Below, piece by piece: positions 39,801-53,128 of a stretch of 64,000 bases of DNA. How positions within the stretch are numbered: position 1 is the first letter of the stretch; the number at the start of each line of letters is the position of its first letter. Source of the DNA: Octopus sinensis (lineage: Eukaryota); the NCBI RefSeq assembly GCF_006345805.1, contig NC_043002.1:11966001-12030000 (forward strand). Reading direction: 5' to 3'. The notes under the pieces were generated by a model, which made no database searches, was not told where the DNA came from, and saw nothing but the letters and a program-made list of their open reading frames with translations. Made by a program: the position numbers and the translations under genes.

Positions 39801-42019
39801 ATTTATCACTACAGATAAGAGGTGTAAACATAAAAGCTCCTAAATATGATTAAATGCATTGCAAGTTAGTTAAGCTCCCAAAAGTATTAGATGCTAAGCG
39901 AGATAGCACACACTCGGCCCCTTTTCAAATTGCACTGTAAAATCTTGCGTTTAACTTCCACTGAAAATGAAAATATGACCAGAATATAAAGATGGTTGAA
40001 CTTGAACTAAACTATATATTTCTTCTGTTATAAAAAATTGTCGACGAACTAATGAGACCTGTTCTTGTGTAAAAGCAACAAACCGCGTTAAAGATATTGT
40101 ACTTAATATCGTAATTTACAAAAAACTGCAAGCCAACTCAAGAAAAAGCGAAAAATTACTCTAAACGTATTGTAACGTACCTAGACATATTTAATACGTT
40201 CTGGTAGATTGGAACGTAAGTATTTGATCACTGTTCTTTTTCGTAATCAGAGACCATTTCTCCCTTTTAGCAGGTGTGTTCATCACAAGCGTGGCTCACA
40301 GTCTAGCGGGACTCTGAGGCATCGTGTCATTCCGACCCCGTTGTGTTTCTCCGCAATCAAAGCTACCTCCAGCGGGTCAAGTAATTTAACAAGGTTACTG
40401 GCTCAGGCTTATAAAAAACTACAAATAAAATATTTACTGTTGCGAGCTGATGTCTAAGGAACGTATAATAATTCACGAAGTGCACACAGAACAGCAAGTA
40501 TCCAAATAATATTGTATCTATTCACTTTCAATGCATTCTGGAAGGTTCGAACATGAATGTCTAATCATTATTGTTTTCCATCATCGAAGGACACCTCCTC
40601 TCTTTAAACAATGTTCTCACTGTTCAACGTTCATTCCATAAAATGTAATGATTATAATGTAATCTTTGAAAGTGTTAAGCGTATTATTTTCAGTAATTAT
40701 CGCAGGAAATAAAGGATTATATTGCGAAAATAAACGATGTACTTCACAATCATAATAAGTTCATCACACTATTTGAAAAGAAATAGATTAATAATGTTGT
40801 TAAAATTCAAATAATATCGACAGAGGAGAGTTTAAATTTTACAAGTCTAAGGGACTGGAAAAATTGAAGGAGCTGAGAAAACACATGTATCTATGGAAAC
40901 GAGTTGGTGGAATTGGTCAAAATACTTAGCGGCATTTCATCTGGCTCTGTGCCTTCTGAGTTCATTTCATCCAAGGTCAACTTTGCATTTCATTCCTTCG
41001 GAGTTTATGAATAAAGTTCCAGTCACGTATCGAACTCGATGTAGTCAATTTGAATCCTCACCTCCAAACATCTAATCTTGATCCCTACAACAGCTACATA
41101 CCGGTGTCTTGTTCAAAGTGGAAGTTGTGACGTCGGTCACTTAGACCGGGTAATTGGCCCCATGATTACTAGGGCTAATGAAAATTTAAAAACAAATATA
41201 AAAAGTATAAAAAGTTGGTATACAAATTAAAAAATGATTGAAGGAGCATATACAACACATGTATTATGGGAGTAGATATATAACTACAACTCGCAGTTAG
41301 GTGGTACCGTTTCCGATCCTACGTCATGAAAACAAGAAAACGTTCTACCACAGACGCAAGTTGACCTGTACAATATGAAATGAATTTAGTAGACGAAAAC
41401 TGTGCAGAAGCCTCTCCTGTATATTTTGTATGTACCGTTTATTGATGTACATTGCCAAAAGTTGTAAATCATGTGCTAAAATACCGACTCGCAAATGTAC
41501 AGCGAATAAAATCTCCAGCTTCATGTCTTCCTTGAGTTACAGACACTCCTTGTCATCCTTGCTTTTATAAACGCTCTTATCCGAAATATTGAAAACCAGC
41601 ACCCAATGACATTACGGAACTCTAAAGAAAAATGGCAACAAAAAAAGAAAAGAAAAATGAGGAAAAGTGTTTTTTTCTTTCATCTGTGATGTAGTATAAC
41701 AGTTTTCAGCGGTTACATGAAACATCTAATCTGTATTATATATATGCATGTTAAGCCTGGTGCTTTCCCTGCGCACATCATGTTTCATAATTCAATTATA
41801 TATGCACTACAGATTGATTAAAAGATATCGTGACAGACTGATACAGACAGGAATATAGAGCGATCGATCGATAGATAGATAGATACAGAGAGAGAGAGAG
41901 AGAGGCAGACAGAGACATATATAGACTGAGAGAGAGAGAATGGGTGGGTGGATAGTCAGTAATATATATATAAGTCAGTAAATGGTGGGGTTGTGTTAAC
42001 CGCACGTGGAGAAATGATA

Positions 42020-42380
42020 GGAGAGGAAAAATTAGAATAAGGTAGAATGCTAAATTGAAAGTAAATTTTAATAAAATTGGGTGTATGAAAAATTAAAAAA
42101 GAAAAAATAATAAATCAAACCGATTTTCATTGCAAGGCAAATTTTCGAGATTTGGAAAAGGAAAAAGAAATTTACAATGTTTTTTCAAAACATTGTAAAT
42201 TTCATTTTCCCATTCCTCAGTTTAAAATAATTTTTTTTCCCTTTCCAAATCTTGAAAATTTGCCTTGCAATGAAAGTCGATTTGATTTATTATTTTTTCG
42301 TTTTTAATTTTTCATACACGCATTTTTATTAAAAATTACATTCAATTTAGCATTCTGCCTTATTATAAATTTTCCTCTCC
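42020..42380. mobile_element. Fold-back MITE with ~145-bp imperfect TIRs and TA target
   Basis: TA|GGAGAGGAAAA...TTTTCCTCTCC|TA; arms align over AGAATGCTAAATTGAA...TTGCAAGGCAAATTTTC..GATTTGGAAA; internal hairpin GAAATTTACAATGTTTT/AAAACATTGTAAATTTC. Confidence 0.8.
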
Positions 42381-42461
42381 TATATATATATATATCAAAT
42401 CTTGTATGGATATATCTCTCTACGTATCGTTCTACCCTATATTATATATATATTATATATA

Positions 42462-42502
<41 letters not shown>

Positions 42503-42703
42503 TATATATATATATATATAGAGAACGATACATAGAGAGATATATCCATACAAGATTTGATACAATTTGAATAAATAACATTCGAATTTCTCGATTATAT
42601 TGGTAAAATTGCGTAAAAGTAGACTTGTAACGTTGACATGCATACATACATACTTACATATATACAAACATGCATGCATACATACATAGTTGCATATATA
42701 TAA

Positions 42704-42743
<40 letters not shown>

Positions 42744-42782
42744 CATATATATATATATATATAAGCATATATATATATATAA

Positions 42783-43015
42783 AGAGGCGGCGAGCTGGCA
42801 GAAACGTTAGCGTGTCGGGCGAAATGCTTAGCGGTATTTCGTCTGTCGTTACGTTGTGAGTTCAAATTCCGCCGAGGTCGACTGTGCCTTTCATCCTTTC
42901 GGGGTCGATAAATAAAGCACCAGTTTCGCATTGGGGTCGATGTAATCGACTTAATCCCTTTGTCTGTCCTTGCTTGTCCCCTCTATGTTTAGCCCCTTGT
43001 GGGCAGTAAAGAAAT
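42783..43015 (+). mobile_element. SINE family A monomer
   Basis: Complete head, body and tail. Confidence 0.9.
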
Positions 43016-43220
43016 ATATATATAAGCATGCATGCATGCATTCATACATACATTCATGCCTACATACCTGCATGCATTCATTCTTGCACGCATTCATACA
43101 TACGTGTATACATGCATAGGTATTGAAGTACATACATAGAGAAGCTTCACATTATTGAAAGCATATATAAATATTTACTCAAAGAATATTGTAGAACATT
43201 CCTATCAAATCTTCTATTGT

Positions 43221-43560
43221 GTGAAACATAACAGGCCAGATATTGTTATTTGGGATACACAATAAATAGTAACTCTGTCATAAAACTCAGCAGTCAGGCT
43301 CATGTGAAAATCTCTTCGAAATTCAAAGAGAAACAGGATAACTACAGACAACTGCTTCGAAACACTCAACTTCTATGTCCAAATTATGAATTCACATTTA
43401 TACCACTGATAATTGACGTGCTTAGATTCGTGAAATAATGCCACAGTGATAAATGATATAAGCTAGAGTATATAATCTCGATAAGCTAACGCGCAGATTA
43501 CACGTATTGTCTCTTAGCAGAATAGCAAAAGTATGCAAGATTTTGTTAAATTCAAAAGGT
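43221..43560 (+). pseudogene. RLE endonuclease fragment of a non-LTR retrotransposon
   Basis: VKHNRPDIVIWD followed (frameshift) by KEKQDNYRQLLRNTQLLCPNYEFTFIPLII, the PD..E..K..KY-type RLE signature. Confidence 0.7.
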
Positions 43561-43669
43561 GTTCTTTCTGCTTAGTGACGAAGATTTGTTAGAAACCGAT
43601 TTTTCTGCGCAGGAAGATTTCAAATATTTACAAATAGAACGGAACATACATATATACACAAACATACGG

Positions 43670-43837
43670 ATAGATAGGTGGTCAGTCAGATAGATAGGTA
43701 GATAGACAGACAGACAGGTAGATTGATAGACAGAGTAACAGACAGATAGATAGACAGACAGACAGAGAGGCAGACAGACAGATAGATAGATCTAGCGATA
43801 GATAGAAAGATAGATAGATAAATAGATAGGCTGACTA

Positions 43838-43873
<36 letters not shown>

Positions 43874-43970
43874 GTAGGTAGGTAGGTAGGTAGGTAGATA
43901 TGTAGGTAGGTAGGTAGGTAGGTAGGTAGGTAGGTAGGTAGGTAGGTAGGTAGGTAGATCGATAGATATA
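43670..43970. repeat. (GATA)n/(GACA)n/(GGTA)n microsatellite
   Basis: Direct reading. Confidence 0.9.
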
Positions 43971-44329
43971 AAAAGCGACTCGCAGTTAGACAGAAAGACC
44001 GATATAGTTAGAAAGACAGATGCATAAATAATGTTATTTAGCCATCTAGCTAGAAAGATAGATAAATAGGTAGAAAGATAGATAGATATAATTTCATCAC
44101 GAAACAGACAGTGAGATACGAGACTGGACATGTAACTCTGACGGTTTGCAATATTTATAAATTAAGCATTATTTTTCTTAATTAATTGGGCATGAAGTGT
44201 TTTTTTTTTCTTTTTTCATATGGATCTTAATAATTTCCGATAGTGGATCATGAGTTTATATAAAAGCATATTACTTGATACTGACTGAGTAATTTTGTAA
44301 TGAATATTAGTGATCCCATGTTCATCTGA

Positions 44330-44950
44330 CATGCAAAAGAATATCATCTGTGTCCTTCAGTTCAGGCAAATAGAAAACAGGAAACAGCGCACGCCTTCAT
44401 CAATTACCGCTCAAACACTGGACGCCAAAACTAGTTAGCACTGATTATGGACAACTGCTGCTTCCATTTTGACCAACTGACATACAAGAATAGAATCGAC
44501 AGTGGAGAGAGTGTTCAATATGTCTAGGTTGGTCTGCAGAAAACTCATTACTTCATAGCATCGTGCGTTTCTCAGATGGGATGGGATGGTGCATGCAGGA
44601 CAATGTTTTTGGAAGAAAAAAATTTGTTTTATCGGCGATACGATGTCATTGTTAGATGTGGCAGCTTGTAAACCGTCAATGTGTTACAGCAAGAGGCAAG
44701 AGGACTAAATAGTTCCTTGGGACACTCCAGAGTTTATGGCACAACGGACAGGGAAGAACTTTACCAACAGATATGATTATAAGGAGATGCAATAAGTATA
44801 AAGTTTCGATGAAAGATTTGCATTCCCAACACAAACCAAAAGTTAGCTGGCGTCGGCTCTGTACGCATTTCTTTCATATCATTCCGAACCAACCCCATTA
44901 GAAAGGTGAGTAGGATCTAGCGTTGCGAAAACGGTAGACTGAAGACATTT
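44330..44950 (-). pseudogene. Decayed LINE reverse transcriptase remnant
   Basis: AINSGVSQGTI*S resembles INSGVPQGSVLSP, followed by ..GLQAATSNN and a frameshifted (Y)ADK; many stops. Confidence 0.5.
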
Positions 44951-45283
44951 AAGATATAGCGGTCAATGTTTGTTTTTATTATCTTGTCTTTATTATATTA
45001 GAAATGATTGCAAAAGGAGAATATTCGACGGGGGTCAGAGAGTTTACTTTTCTTGGGAACGCAGCCAAATGTTTCCCATATCACTATTGAAAGCTTTACA
45101 AGTAGATTTCATTGAATATCTTGTATTTATGTGAAGCGCGTCACTGCAAAGTAATGAGTGCTAGAAAGGTCTATAAACATTTGTTGATATAATTATACTA
45201 AAAGAAGGTTTAAACCTGATTATATTTCTGTTTCTAAGTTTCGTATTATTAGATAAAAGTTGTTCTATTATTATAGACTCCAA

Positions 45284-45690
45284 AGATCTTTTCGGTTTGA
45301 ACGGCAGTTTTTAACATAATTTCTAGGTAACTAAAAATTTTTAACTTCGTATACTGGTAGAATGTGTTTATAAAACATCTTTTTCTCTTGGCTTTATTGA
45401 GAGAATTCTATAGTTTGTAAGATATTTGTTGTTTTTTCTTCAATTTCTGAAATTTCAACCAATCACTGACGTCTATTGAGGTTAAAAACAATCTGTGCCG
45501 TATGAATATGTCCCTCGTTTAAGAAACAAATTGGGTTTATTTACATTTGTGAAGAAAAAAAAGATACCCTTCCCCCACCCTAACCCTAAAACAGACTGAA
45601 ATGCAATAGATCGATACTAGGGTCATAATTATGGGTGACAATTTCATATGACACCGTTGGAAAAAACTGCCGGTCAAACCGAAAAGATCC
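45284..45690. mobile_element. MITE with ~28-bp TIRs and 8-bp target duplication
   Basis: TIR GATCTTTTCGGTTTGA(A/C)CGGCAGTTTTT; flanks GACTCCAA (45276-45283) and GATTCCAA (45691-45698). Confidence 0.8.
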
Positions 45691-46329
45691 GATTCCAAAA
45701 CTCACTTTCAGTGAAAGATTTGTTTTAGGTCAATTATATTAGATAAGTCTCTGTCGTATACTACTATAGGTTTACTTCTGCTAATGTTCTGTTAAATGTG
45801 TTTTATGATCTTAGGCAGCATATTAGAGTATTAATATAGGTACAGTAATTCAGTAGGTGATGCTTCCTCTGCTTAAACTTAGTCTTGGACCCTGAAACTT
45901 AATATATTTCCATAGTTTGTGAGCGTAATGTTTAATTTAAATTCTTCACACATCGAAAGAAATTTTTTTTTCTGATATTGTCCGTGTCATGCCTTTTCAT
46001 GATACACAAAACGACCCATCCATCGTCTCCATAGAGTCATATTCTAGTTGGCTTCATTTTATTTTTCTGCGAGTACAATATAAGCTGACTAAATCAATAA
46101 TCTCTATTCCAATGCAATTTACTTCTGTGCTTATAAAACAATAAATAACTGTTATAAAATAATAAAGACTGCATTTATTTTACCATTGATATCAGAGTCG
46201 GGTCTTCAAAATACTCGAGCTTTCAGAAAGATATCGAGTTAGACTGCAACGTCATGCTTGTGATTGTTTAGTAGTGTTTCCGTTCTGCGTAAACTGAAGC
46301 ACTTCACTTGTCCTAATATAATTTAATCT

Positions 46330-46640
46330 TAAGGCGGCGAGCTGGCAGAAAAGTTAGCACGCCGGGTGAAATGCTTCGCAGTATTTCGTCTGCCGTTACG
46401 TTCTGAGTTCAAATTCCGCCGAGGTCGACTTTGCCTTTCATCCTTTCGTGGTCAATAAATTAAGTACCAGTTACGCACTGGGGTCGATTTAATCGACTTA
46501 ATACGTTTGCCCGTCCTTATTTGTCCCCTCTGTGTTTAGCTCCTTGTGGGTAGTAAAGAAATAGGTATTTCGTCCGTCGCTGCGTTCTGAGTGCAAATTC
46601 CGCCGAGGTCGACTTTGCCTTTCATCCTTTTGGGTTCGAG
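46330..46640 (+). mobile_element. SINE family A dimer (second unit truncated)
   Basis: AAAGAAATAG|GTATTTCGTC junction at ~46563. Confidence 0.9.
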
Positions 46641-47688
46641 GTCGTTGTGAATTCTTGGTGAGGAAGAAGAAGAAGAATGTAGGAGTGCCACGACAGTATT
46701 ATGCCGAATGGTCAACTGCCCCGAATGGGACCCGCAGTGGATGGTAGTAGTAATTGTTGAATTCCTGAAACATCTCTTTTGAATGTTTTGTTTATAAAAT
46801 TTGCGTAGGTGTTGTTCTAAACAGCAATAGTGGTAAAGTTAAGAAGGAAGAGGAAGTAGACAAAGAAGTGGAAGAAGAAAGAGAATGGATGTAGGTAGTA
46901 TGAAAGTAGTAAAGTGTTAAATGTTCAAATGACTTAAAATTGTCTCATTATGGATTATAGCAGTGATTGGGATAGTTTTTTAATGAATTCTTGGGAATCA
47001 CTCGAGTGTATCATTTTTAATATTTGTGTGTGTATTTGTATATATTTATATATATATATATGTATTCAATTAAAGGTTGTTTTAAACTCATGAAGGGATG
47101 ATTTCCTCCAACGAAATACTGGTTCAACACCTAGTGTTTTTGGAGAATTAATTTCCTTAAAATAATAGGTGTATATATAAAAATATATATTTTATATTTA
47201 TATAAAATACGATGAAGAAAATGGAAATTGGGAAGTTAATAATCGTGCATTATTAACAGGAAATTAGCCACCAACCCTTACAGCTGTTTCAATTAATACT
47301 AAGTACATATTAAGTAATTATTATAATTGTATGACCTGCGCATAATATCTTCAGAGGGAAAAAAGTATACCCTTGGATATTTTATATGTGTTTATGGATT
47401 CATGATAGCAGACTGAAAGATACTGTTTATGATTTGAATTTATTATATGTTCGGCCGAAGGGTTTGCAGGTTGATTGGAGGTAAGATAGAGTAGGTAAAT
47501 AGAATTAGAGCAATAAAGGAATAAATCAAATAGAGATGATTGAAGAAATGTAAATATAAATAAGGTAAGTTTATAATTAATAAAAGAATGGAATGTTCAC
47601 TTATAAGGTATAAATAGAGTTAAGAAAATTTGTAAATATGCAAGTACGCACGCATACATATACACACATGCATAACGTATCCGTACAT

Positions 47689-47729
<41 letters not shown>

Positions 47730-48014
47730 AACACACGCATATAATCACACATATACACACATCCACACTTACACACATATCCACGCATATACGTATATAC
47801 GCAAACATGTACGTGAGCAAATACAATGCGTATGCTCACTCACACATAGATGTATGGATATATATGTATGTGGTTACGCTTTCCACCCACCATCCCTAAG
47901 AAGAAGGGGGTGATGGGTAAAAAGTGTAAACGCATATATATATTTAAGGCATATGTATATAAGATTTATTTCACACCTTGCACAATATACATGAAATTAT
48001 GAGTCATACTGCGA

Positions 48015-48295
48015 AGGTGCGTGTCTTGACGGTTAGGGATATCAGAGTGACGATCGTAAGACTGTGAGTTCGATACACGGCGGTATATTGCAGCCTCCAA
48101 CAAGACGTTTTATTTTACATAGCCTCAGTCCACTCAGCTGGCAAATATGAGTTGTACCGGTATTTCAAAGGTCCAGCCTTTTCACATAATGTGTCACGCT
48201 GAGACGTATGTTAAGGGTAGGCGTGTAAAAGGAGTATTAATTTCATGAGCAGATCATCTGGGTCCCTTATCACCGTAACCGACGGAATGCCATTT
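48015..48295 (+). mobile_element. Old CORE-like SINE with tail type 1
   Basis: GTGAGTTCGATAC B-box; GTATTTCAAAGGTCCAGCC..GTGTCACGCTG tail as in 1857-2193. Confidence 0.6.
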
Positions 48296-48887
48296 AGTTA
48301 TACTATAAAACTGAACTAAATTTCTTTGATAGTTCAATTAAATTATTTTTCTTTTTAGTGATCTATTTGTCAGAGATTTTGCCTGACGAGACATTTTAAT
48401 ATTTTATCCATTCCTTTATCAAGAGCCATAGGCGATATTCCAGGGTGCATAAAGCTTTATACATCGTATCTTTTCCCTCATCATTAGACAAAGATTGTAG
48501 TTTGGCTGAATATAAATACAAAAAACAAGAAGAAATATATGTATTTTGTTAAGTGTTCAAATCGAAGGGGTGAAGATATTTTTGACTACGTTTTTGTTTT
48601 TTTCTTTTCATATGAAAGCACATTTCTTTTATAATAAAGTAAACATTATGATAATAGAATGAAAACTGATCACACGACAACATCGCATTCAAATGCAGAA
48701 TTATCAGTAAATGAAGAAAAAATAATGTACATGACGATTGGACAAAAATAATTAATAGTTTTAATATCTTTTTCTTAACACAATTGGTATCTGTCTCCAT
48801 ATACGCATACAAGTACACACATATATATATATGGATGTATATGTATATGTAAGTATATAAATGCATGCATATTATGTTAGTTATATA

Positions 48888-48924
<37 letters not shown>

Positions 48925-48927
<3 letters not shown>

Positions 48928-48961
48928 TGTATATGTTATATGTTAGTATATAAATGCGTGC

Positions 48962-49012
<51 letters not shown>

Positions 49013-49420
49013 TTACACACTCACACGCATACACACATATAGTTGGTTTGCAAATATGGGCGATGTTAACATCGATGAAAGCATTATCTGATAAAGACTC
49101 AAGAGGAAATGAAGAGACAAATATACATACTTTCTATAATTAGCAAGTTGTATATAAATGTATGTGCACGGTATATTATGTGCACAGTGTACGTGTATAT
49201 TTCTATGCAATTGTGCATGAGAGAATTTGTGTGAAATATACCTATGGCTGAGAATAATTCTGAAGTTTCCTACGAGCCTCGGATATCTTAAAAAGCGATA
49301 ATATAAATGGTACGATGGAGTATGTATGTGTGTATGTATGTATGTTTGTAATATATGTATGCATATACCAGCATATATATATATACATGTATATATACAT
49401 ATTATATACATATATAATAC

Positions 49421-49459
<39 letters not shown>

Positions 49460-49498
49460 CTATTATATATATATATATATATATATGAATATATGTAT

Positions 49499-49541
<43 letters not shown>

Positions 49542-49574
49542 TGTATATGTATATGTAAGTATATAAATGCGTGC

Positions 49575-49623
<49 letters not shown>

Positions 49624-50035
49624 CATTACACACTCACACGCATACACACATATAGTTGTTTAGCAAATATGGGCGATGTTAACATCGATGAAAGCATTAT
49701 CTGATAAAGACTCAAGAGGAAATGAAGAGACAAATATACATACTTTCTATAATTAGCAAGTTGTATATAAATGTATGTGCACGTGTATATTATGTGCAAT
49801 GTGTACGTGTATATTTCTATGCAATTGTGCATGAGAGAATTTGTGTGAAATATACCTATGGCTGAGAATAATTCTGAAGTTTCCTACGAGCCTCGGATAT
49901 CTTAAAAAGCGATAATATAAATGTACGTATGGATGTATGTATGTGTATGTATGTATGTTTGTAATATATGTATGCATATACCAGCATATATATATATACA
50001 TGTATATATACATATATATATACATATATATATAC

Positions 50036-50102
<67 letters not shown>

Positions 50103-50110
50103 GAATATAT
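48925..50110 (+). repeat. Tandem duplication, unit ~615 bp, bounded by (TA)n
   Basis: Unique segment CATTACACACTCACACG...CCAGCATATA occurs at ~49010-49390 and ~49623-50000 and differs mainly by small indels. Confidence 0.9.
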
Positions 50111-50464
50111 GTATATATATATATGTATATATGTATATATGTATGTATATATATGTGTGTGTATCAGTGTGTGTGTGTGTGTGTTGTGTGTGTGTGTGTT
50201 GTATTAAAAACCATTTTACTTCGAGCTGATGGGTTGCTCTATGTTTCTCTAGAATACAAATTTCCCATTCTTAAACAAGAATATTATTGATAGTGACTTC
50301 GAAGTTTCAAAAACCTGAACCATCATCTGACTGCGATGCTTTCAAGTTAATCTTGAGTCTGCGTTTAGTTAAAAAAAATCTTCCTTGGTGGTGTGGGTTT
50401 GAGTGGACTGGTAATTAGATGTTATGGTGGACTGTTATCCAAACACGCACCTACATATTCTTTT

Positions 50465-51035
50465 CTACTGTAGGCACAGGGCCCGAAATTTTGGTGGAGT
50501 TCCCAGTCGATTAGATCGACCCCAGTACGTAACTGATACTTAATTTATCGTTCCGTAAAGGATGAAATGCAAAGTCGACCTCCGCGGAATTAGAACTCAG
50601 AACGTTAAGACAGACGAAATGCCTATTTCTTTACTGCCCACAAGGGGCTAAACACAGAGGAGACAAACAAGGACAGACAGACAGATTAAGTCGATTATAT
50701 CGATCCCATTGCGTAACTGGTACATATTTAATCGACCCCGAAAGGATGAAAGGGAAAGTCGACCTCGGCGAAATTTGAACTCAGAACGTAGCGGGAGACG
50801 AAATACCTATTTCTTTACTACCCACAAGGGGCTAAACACAGACGGGACAAACAAGGACAGACAAACGGATTAAATCGATTACATCCACCCCAGTGCGTAA
50901 CTGGTACTTAATTTATAGATCCCGAAAGGATGAAAGGCAAAGTCGACCTCGGCGGAATTTGAACTCAGAACGTAAGGCAGACGAAATACCGCAAAGCATT
51001 TCGCCCAGCGTGCTAACTTTTCTGCCAGGTCGCCT
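50465..51035 (-). mobile_element. SINE family A trimer
   Basis: Three units with junctions at ~50620 and ~50805. Confidence 0.9.
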
Positions 51036-51234
51036 TTTTCACACACTTAAATATTGACATAGATATTTTATACACAACTACATCTATGTTACACATCATG
51101 AATCTATAGCAGTCTGTATGAAAGACAATGCCTCGTTTTCCCTTCAGGAAACCTCAACTTTTGGGTAACTGGTGTGTTCCTTAACTTCAGGTAGTTTATT
51201 TCATATATTACACGTGATTATTGGTCATATTAAG

Positions 51235-51678
51235 GGTGGCTAGGTGGTAGAATCAGTAGCACCCTGCGAAAAATGCCTATCGACCTTTCTTCCGTCGTCA
51301 CATTCTGAGTTAAAATTCCATCGAGGTCGACATAGCTTTTCATCTTTTCGGTGTCGATAAAATAAATACCACTCACGTAATGGCGTCGATGAAATCGCCT
51401 GTAGCCCGCCCCAAAATTGCAGGTTATGTACCCAGAGCAGAGAGGATTGTTTGTCATAATATAGGTGGCGTGCTAGCAGAATCGTCAGCACGCCGGGGAA
51501 AATGCTTAGCAGGACTTCGCCCGTCGTTAAGTTCCGAGTTCAAATCCTGCCGAGGTCGACTTAGCCTTTCATCTTTTTGGGGTCGAAAATAAGTACCAGT
51601 TACGCACTGGGGTAGATAAAATCGACTATACCCCTCCCCCAAATTGCAGGCCTTGTGCCTATAGTAGAAAGTGTTATT
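51235..51678 (+). mobile_element. Two older SINE family A monomers in tandem
   Basis: Heads at ~51235 and ~51462; CCCCTCCCCCAAATT..GGCCTTGTGCCT tail. Confidence 0.8.
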
Positions 51679-52266
51679 AGTCTTATCAAAATATAAATAG
51701 TTTCTAAATTCTGTGATATTAACTTTCGTCAAAGTATGTCATATTTAGATACATATTAACTTACGTTTATCAATATACATCGTGTGCACATCGGTGTGAA
51801 ACACATATATTCCTGTGAATACGTATATACGAATACACAAAATTATACACCACTCTGTATATACATAGGGATTTTTAGGTATGTTTAGGTACGTTCGGTA
51901 CGAAGTTTGCGCTAATGTAGATTTTGTGTCTGTCTGTCTCCATCACAGTCCTACACACTCTATATCATACTCAGGTATATACACGCACAAGCACACATAT
52001 ACGCGTATTAGTTTCAAATTTTGGCACAAGGCCAGCAATTTCAGATGAGCGGGCAAGCTGATTATATCTACCCCAGTGCTCAACTAGTACCTATTATATC
52101 GTCCAGAAAGTCGACCTCGGCGGAATGTGAACTCAGAGTGTAAGGTGAGTGGAAATGCCGGCTTGTTAACGATTATGCCTGCGCACCACCTTACAAACGT
52201 ATACATAAATTATGTAAATTAGCACACACACACACACATATGTATATGTATGTATATGTGTATATA

Positions 52267-53128
52267 CGGGGTCTAATCAATAAGTATCCGGACCGTTGCC
52301 ATGTTAACGCCACTCGGCGAAAGTAGCTCTGCTGTGCATGCGCACTAAGATTTAACGTTTGAGATCACTTCCGCTGTTTACAGCAGAGCTTGGAAGGAAA
52401 GTGTGTAGCGTGTGATCCTCGCATTGACCATGACAGAGAAAGTTGTCATGGTGATAACTGCTCAGAGGCTTATGCAAAGTCGCTAAAGTGTATGGAGAGG
52501 AATGCATGAGCCGCACCCAAGTGTACGAGGGTGTTCAGACGTTTCCAAAATGGCCGAAAAATGTCGATATTGACGAACGTTCTGTGAGACCCGTAATCAA
52601 CAGATCTGAGAAAAACATCGCAGATGTGCATGCAGCTATGAAAGGAAATCGTCGAATCACCATCCGTGAATTACCAGAGGATGTGCAAATTAGTTACGGT
52701 TCAGTTCAGTCCATTATCACTGAAGTTTTGGGTGTGAGACGCGTGTCTGCCAAGTTTGTGCCAAAATTGCTTTCAGCTGACCAAGAAAACATTCGGGTTT
52801 CAGTTTCACAGGGTTCCTTTGATTGCGTCGAGAAAGATGAATATTTTTCGAAAATTTTGCGTAGGCCTCTGAGCAGGTATCGCCAAACTTTTTGCAAAAC
52901 TTGATGCAGATTCTCTGCTCAAAATTCTCTGTCATGGTCAACGCAATGACCACACGATACTCTCGTTCTTTCGAAGCTCTGCTGTGAATAGCGGAAGTGA
53001 GCAGAACGTTATGGCTTAATTCGAATGCGCAGCAGATTATGTTATTAATCTGTGACAAGTCGCTTCACACTGCGTTCTTTAGGTTCGTTACTATGGCAAC
53101 AGTCCGGATACTTATTCATCAGACCACG
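52267..53128. mobile_element. Mariner-derived element made of two converging 5' halves
   Basis: TIRs CGGGGTCTAATCAATAAGTATCCGGAC and reverse complement of GTCCGGATACTTATTCATCAGACC; transposase N-terminal sequence reads inward from both ends. Confidence 0.75.
52488..52854 (+). pseudogene. Mariner transposase N-terminal (HTH) fragment
   Basis: VYGEECMSRTQVYE..DERSVRP..NRRITIREL..ISYGSVQSII..RRVSAKFVPKLL (a WVPxxL-motif variant); no DD34D catalytic domain. Confidence 0.8.

Noticed and set aside
40270-40385. GC-richer segment after CCCTTTTAG as a plus-strand exon
   Set aside because: No recognisable protein in any frame and only a weak donor
45578-45590. CCCTAACCCTAA as an interstitial telomere
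   Set aside because: Only two units, located inside a MITE
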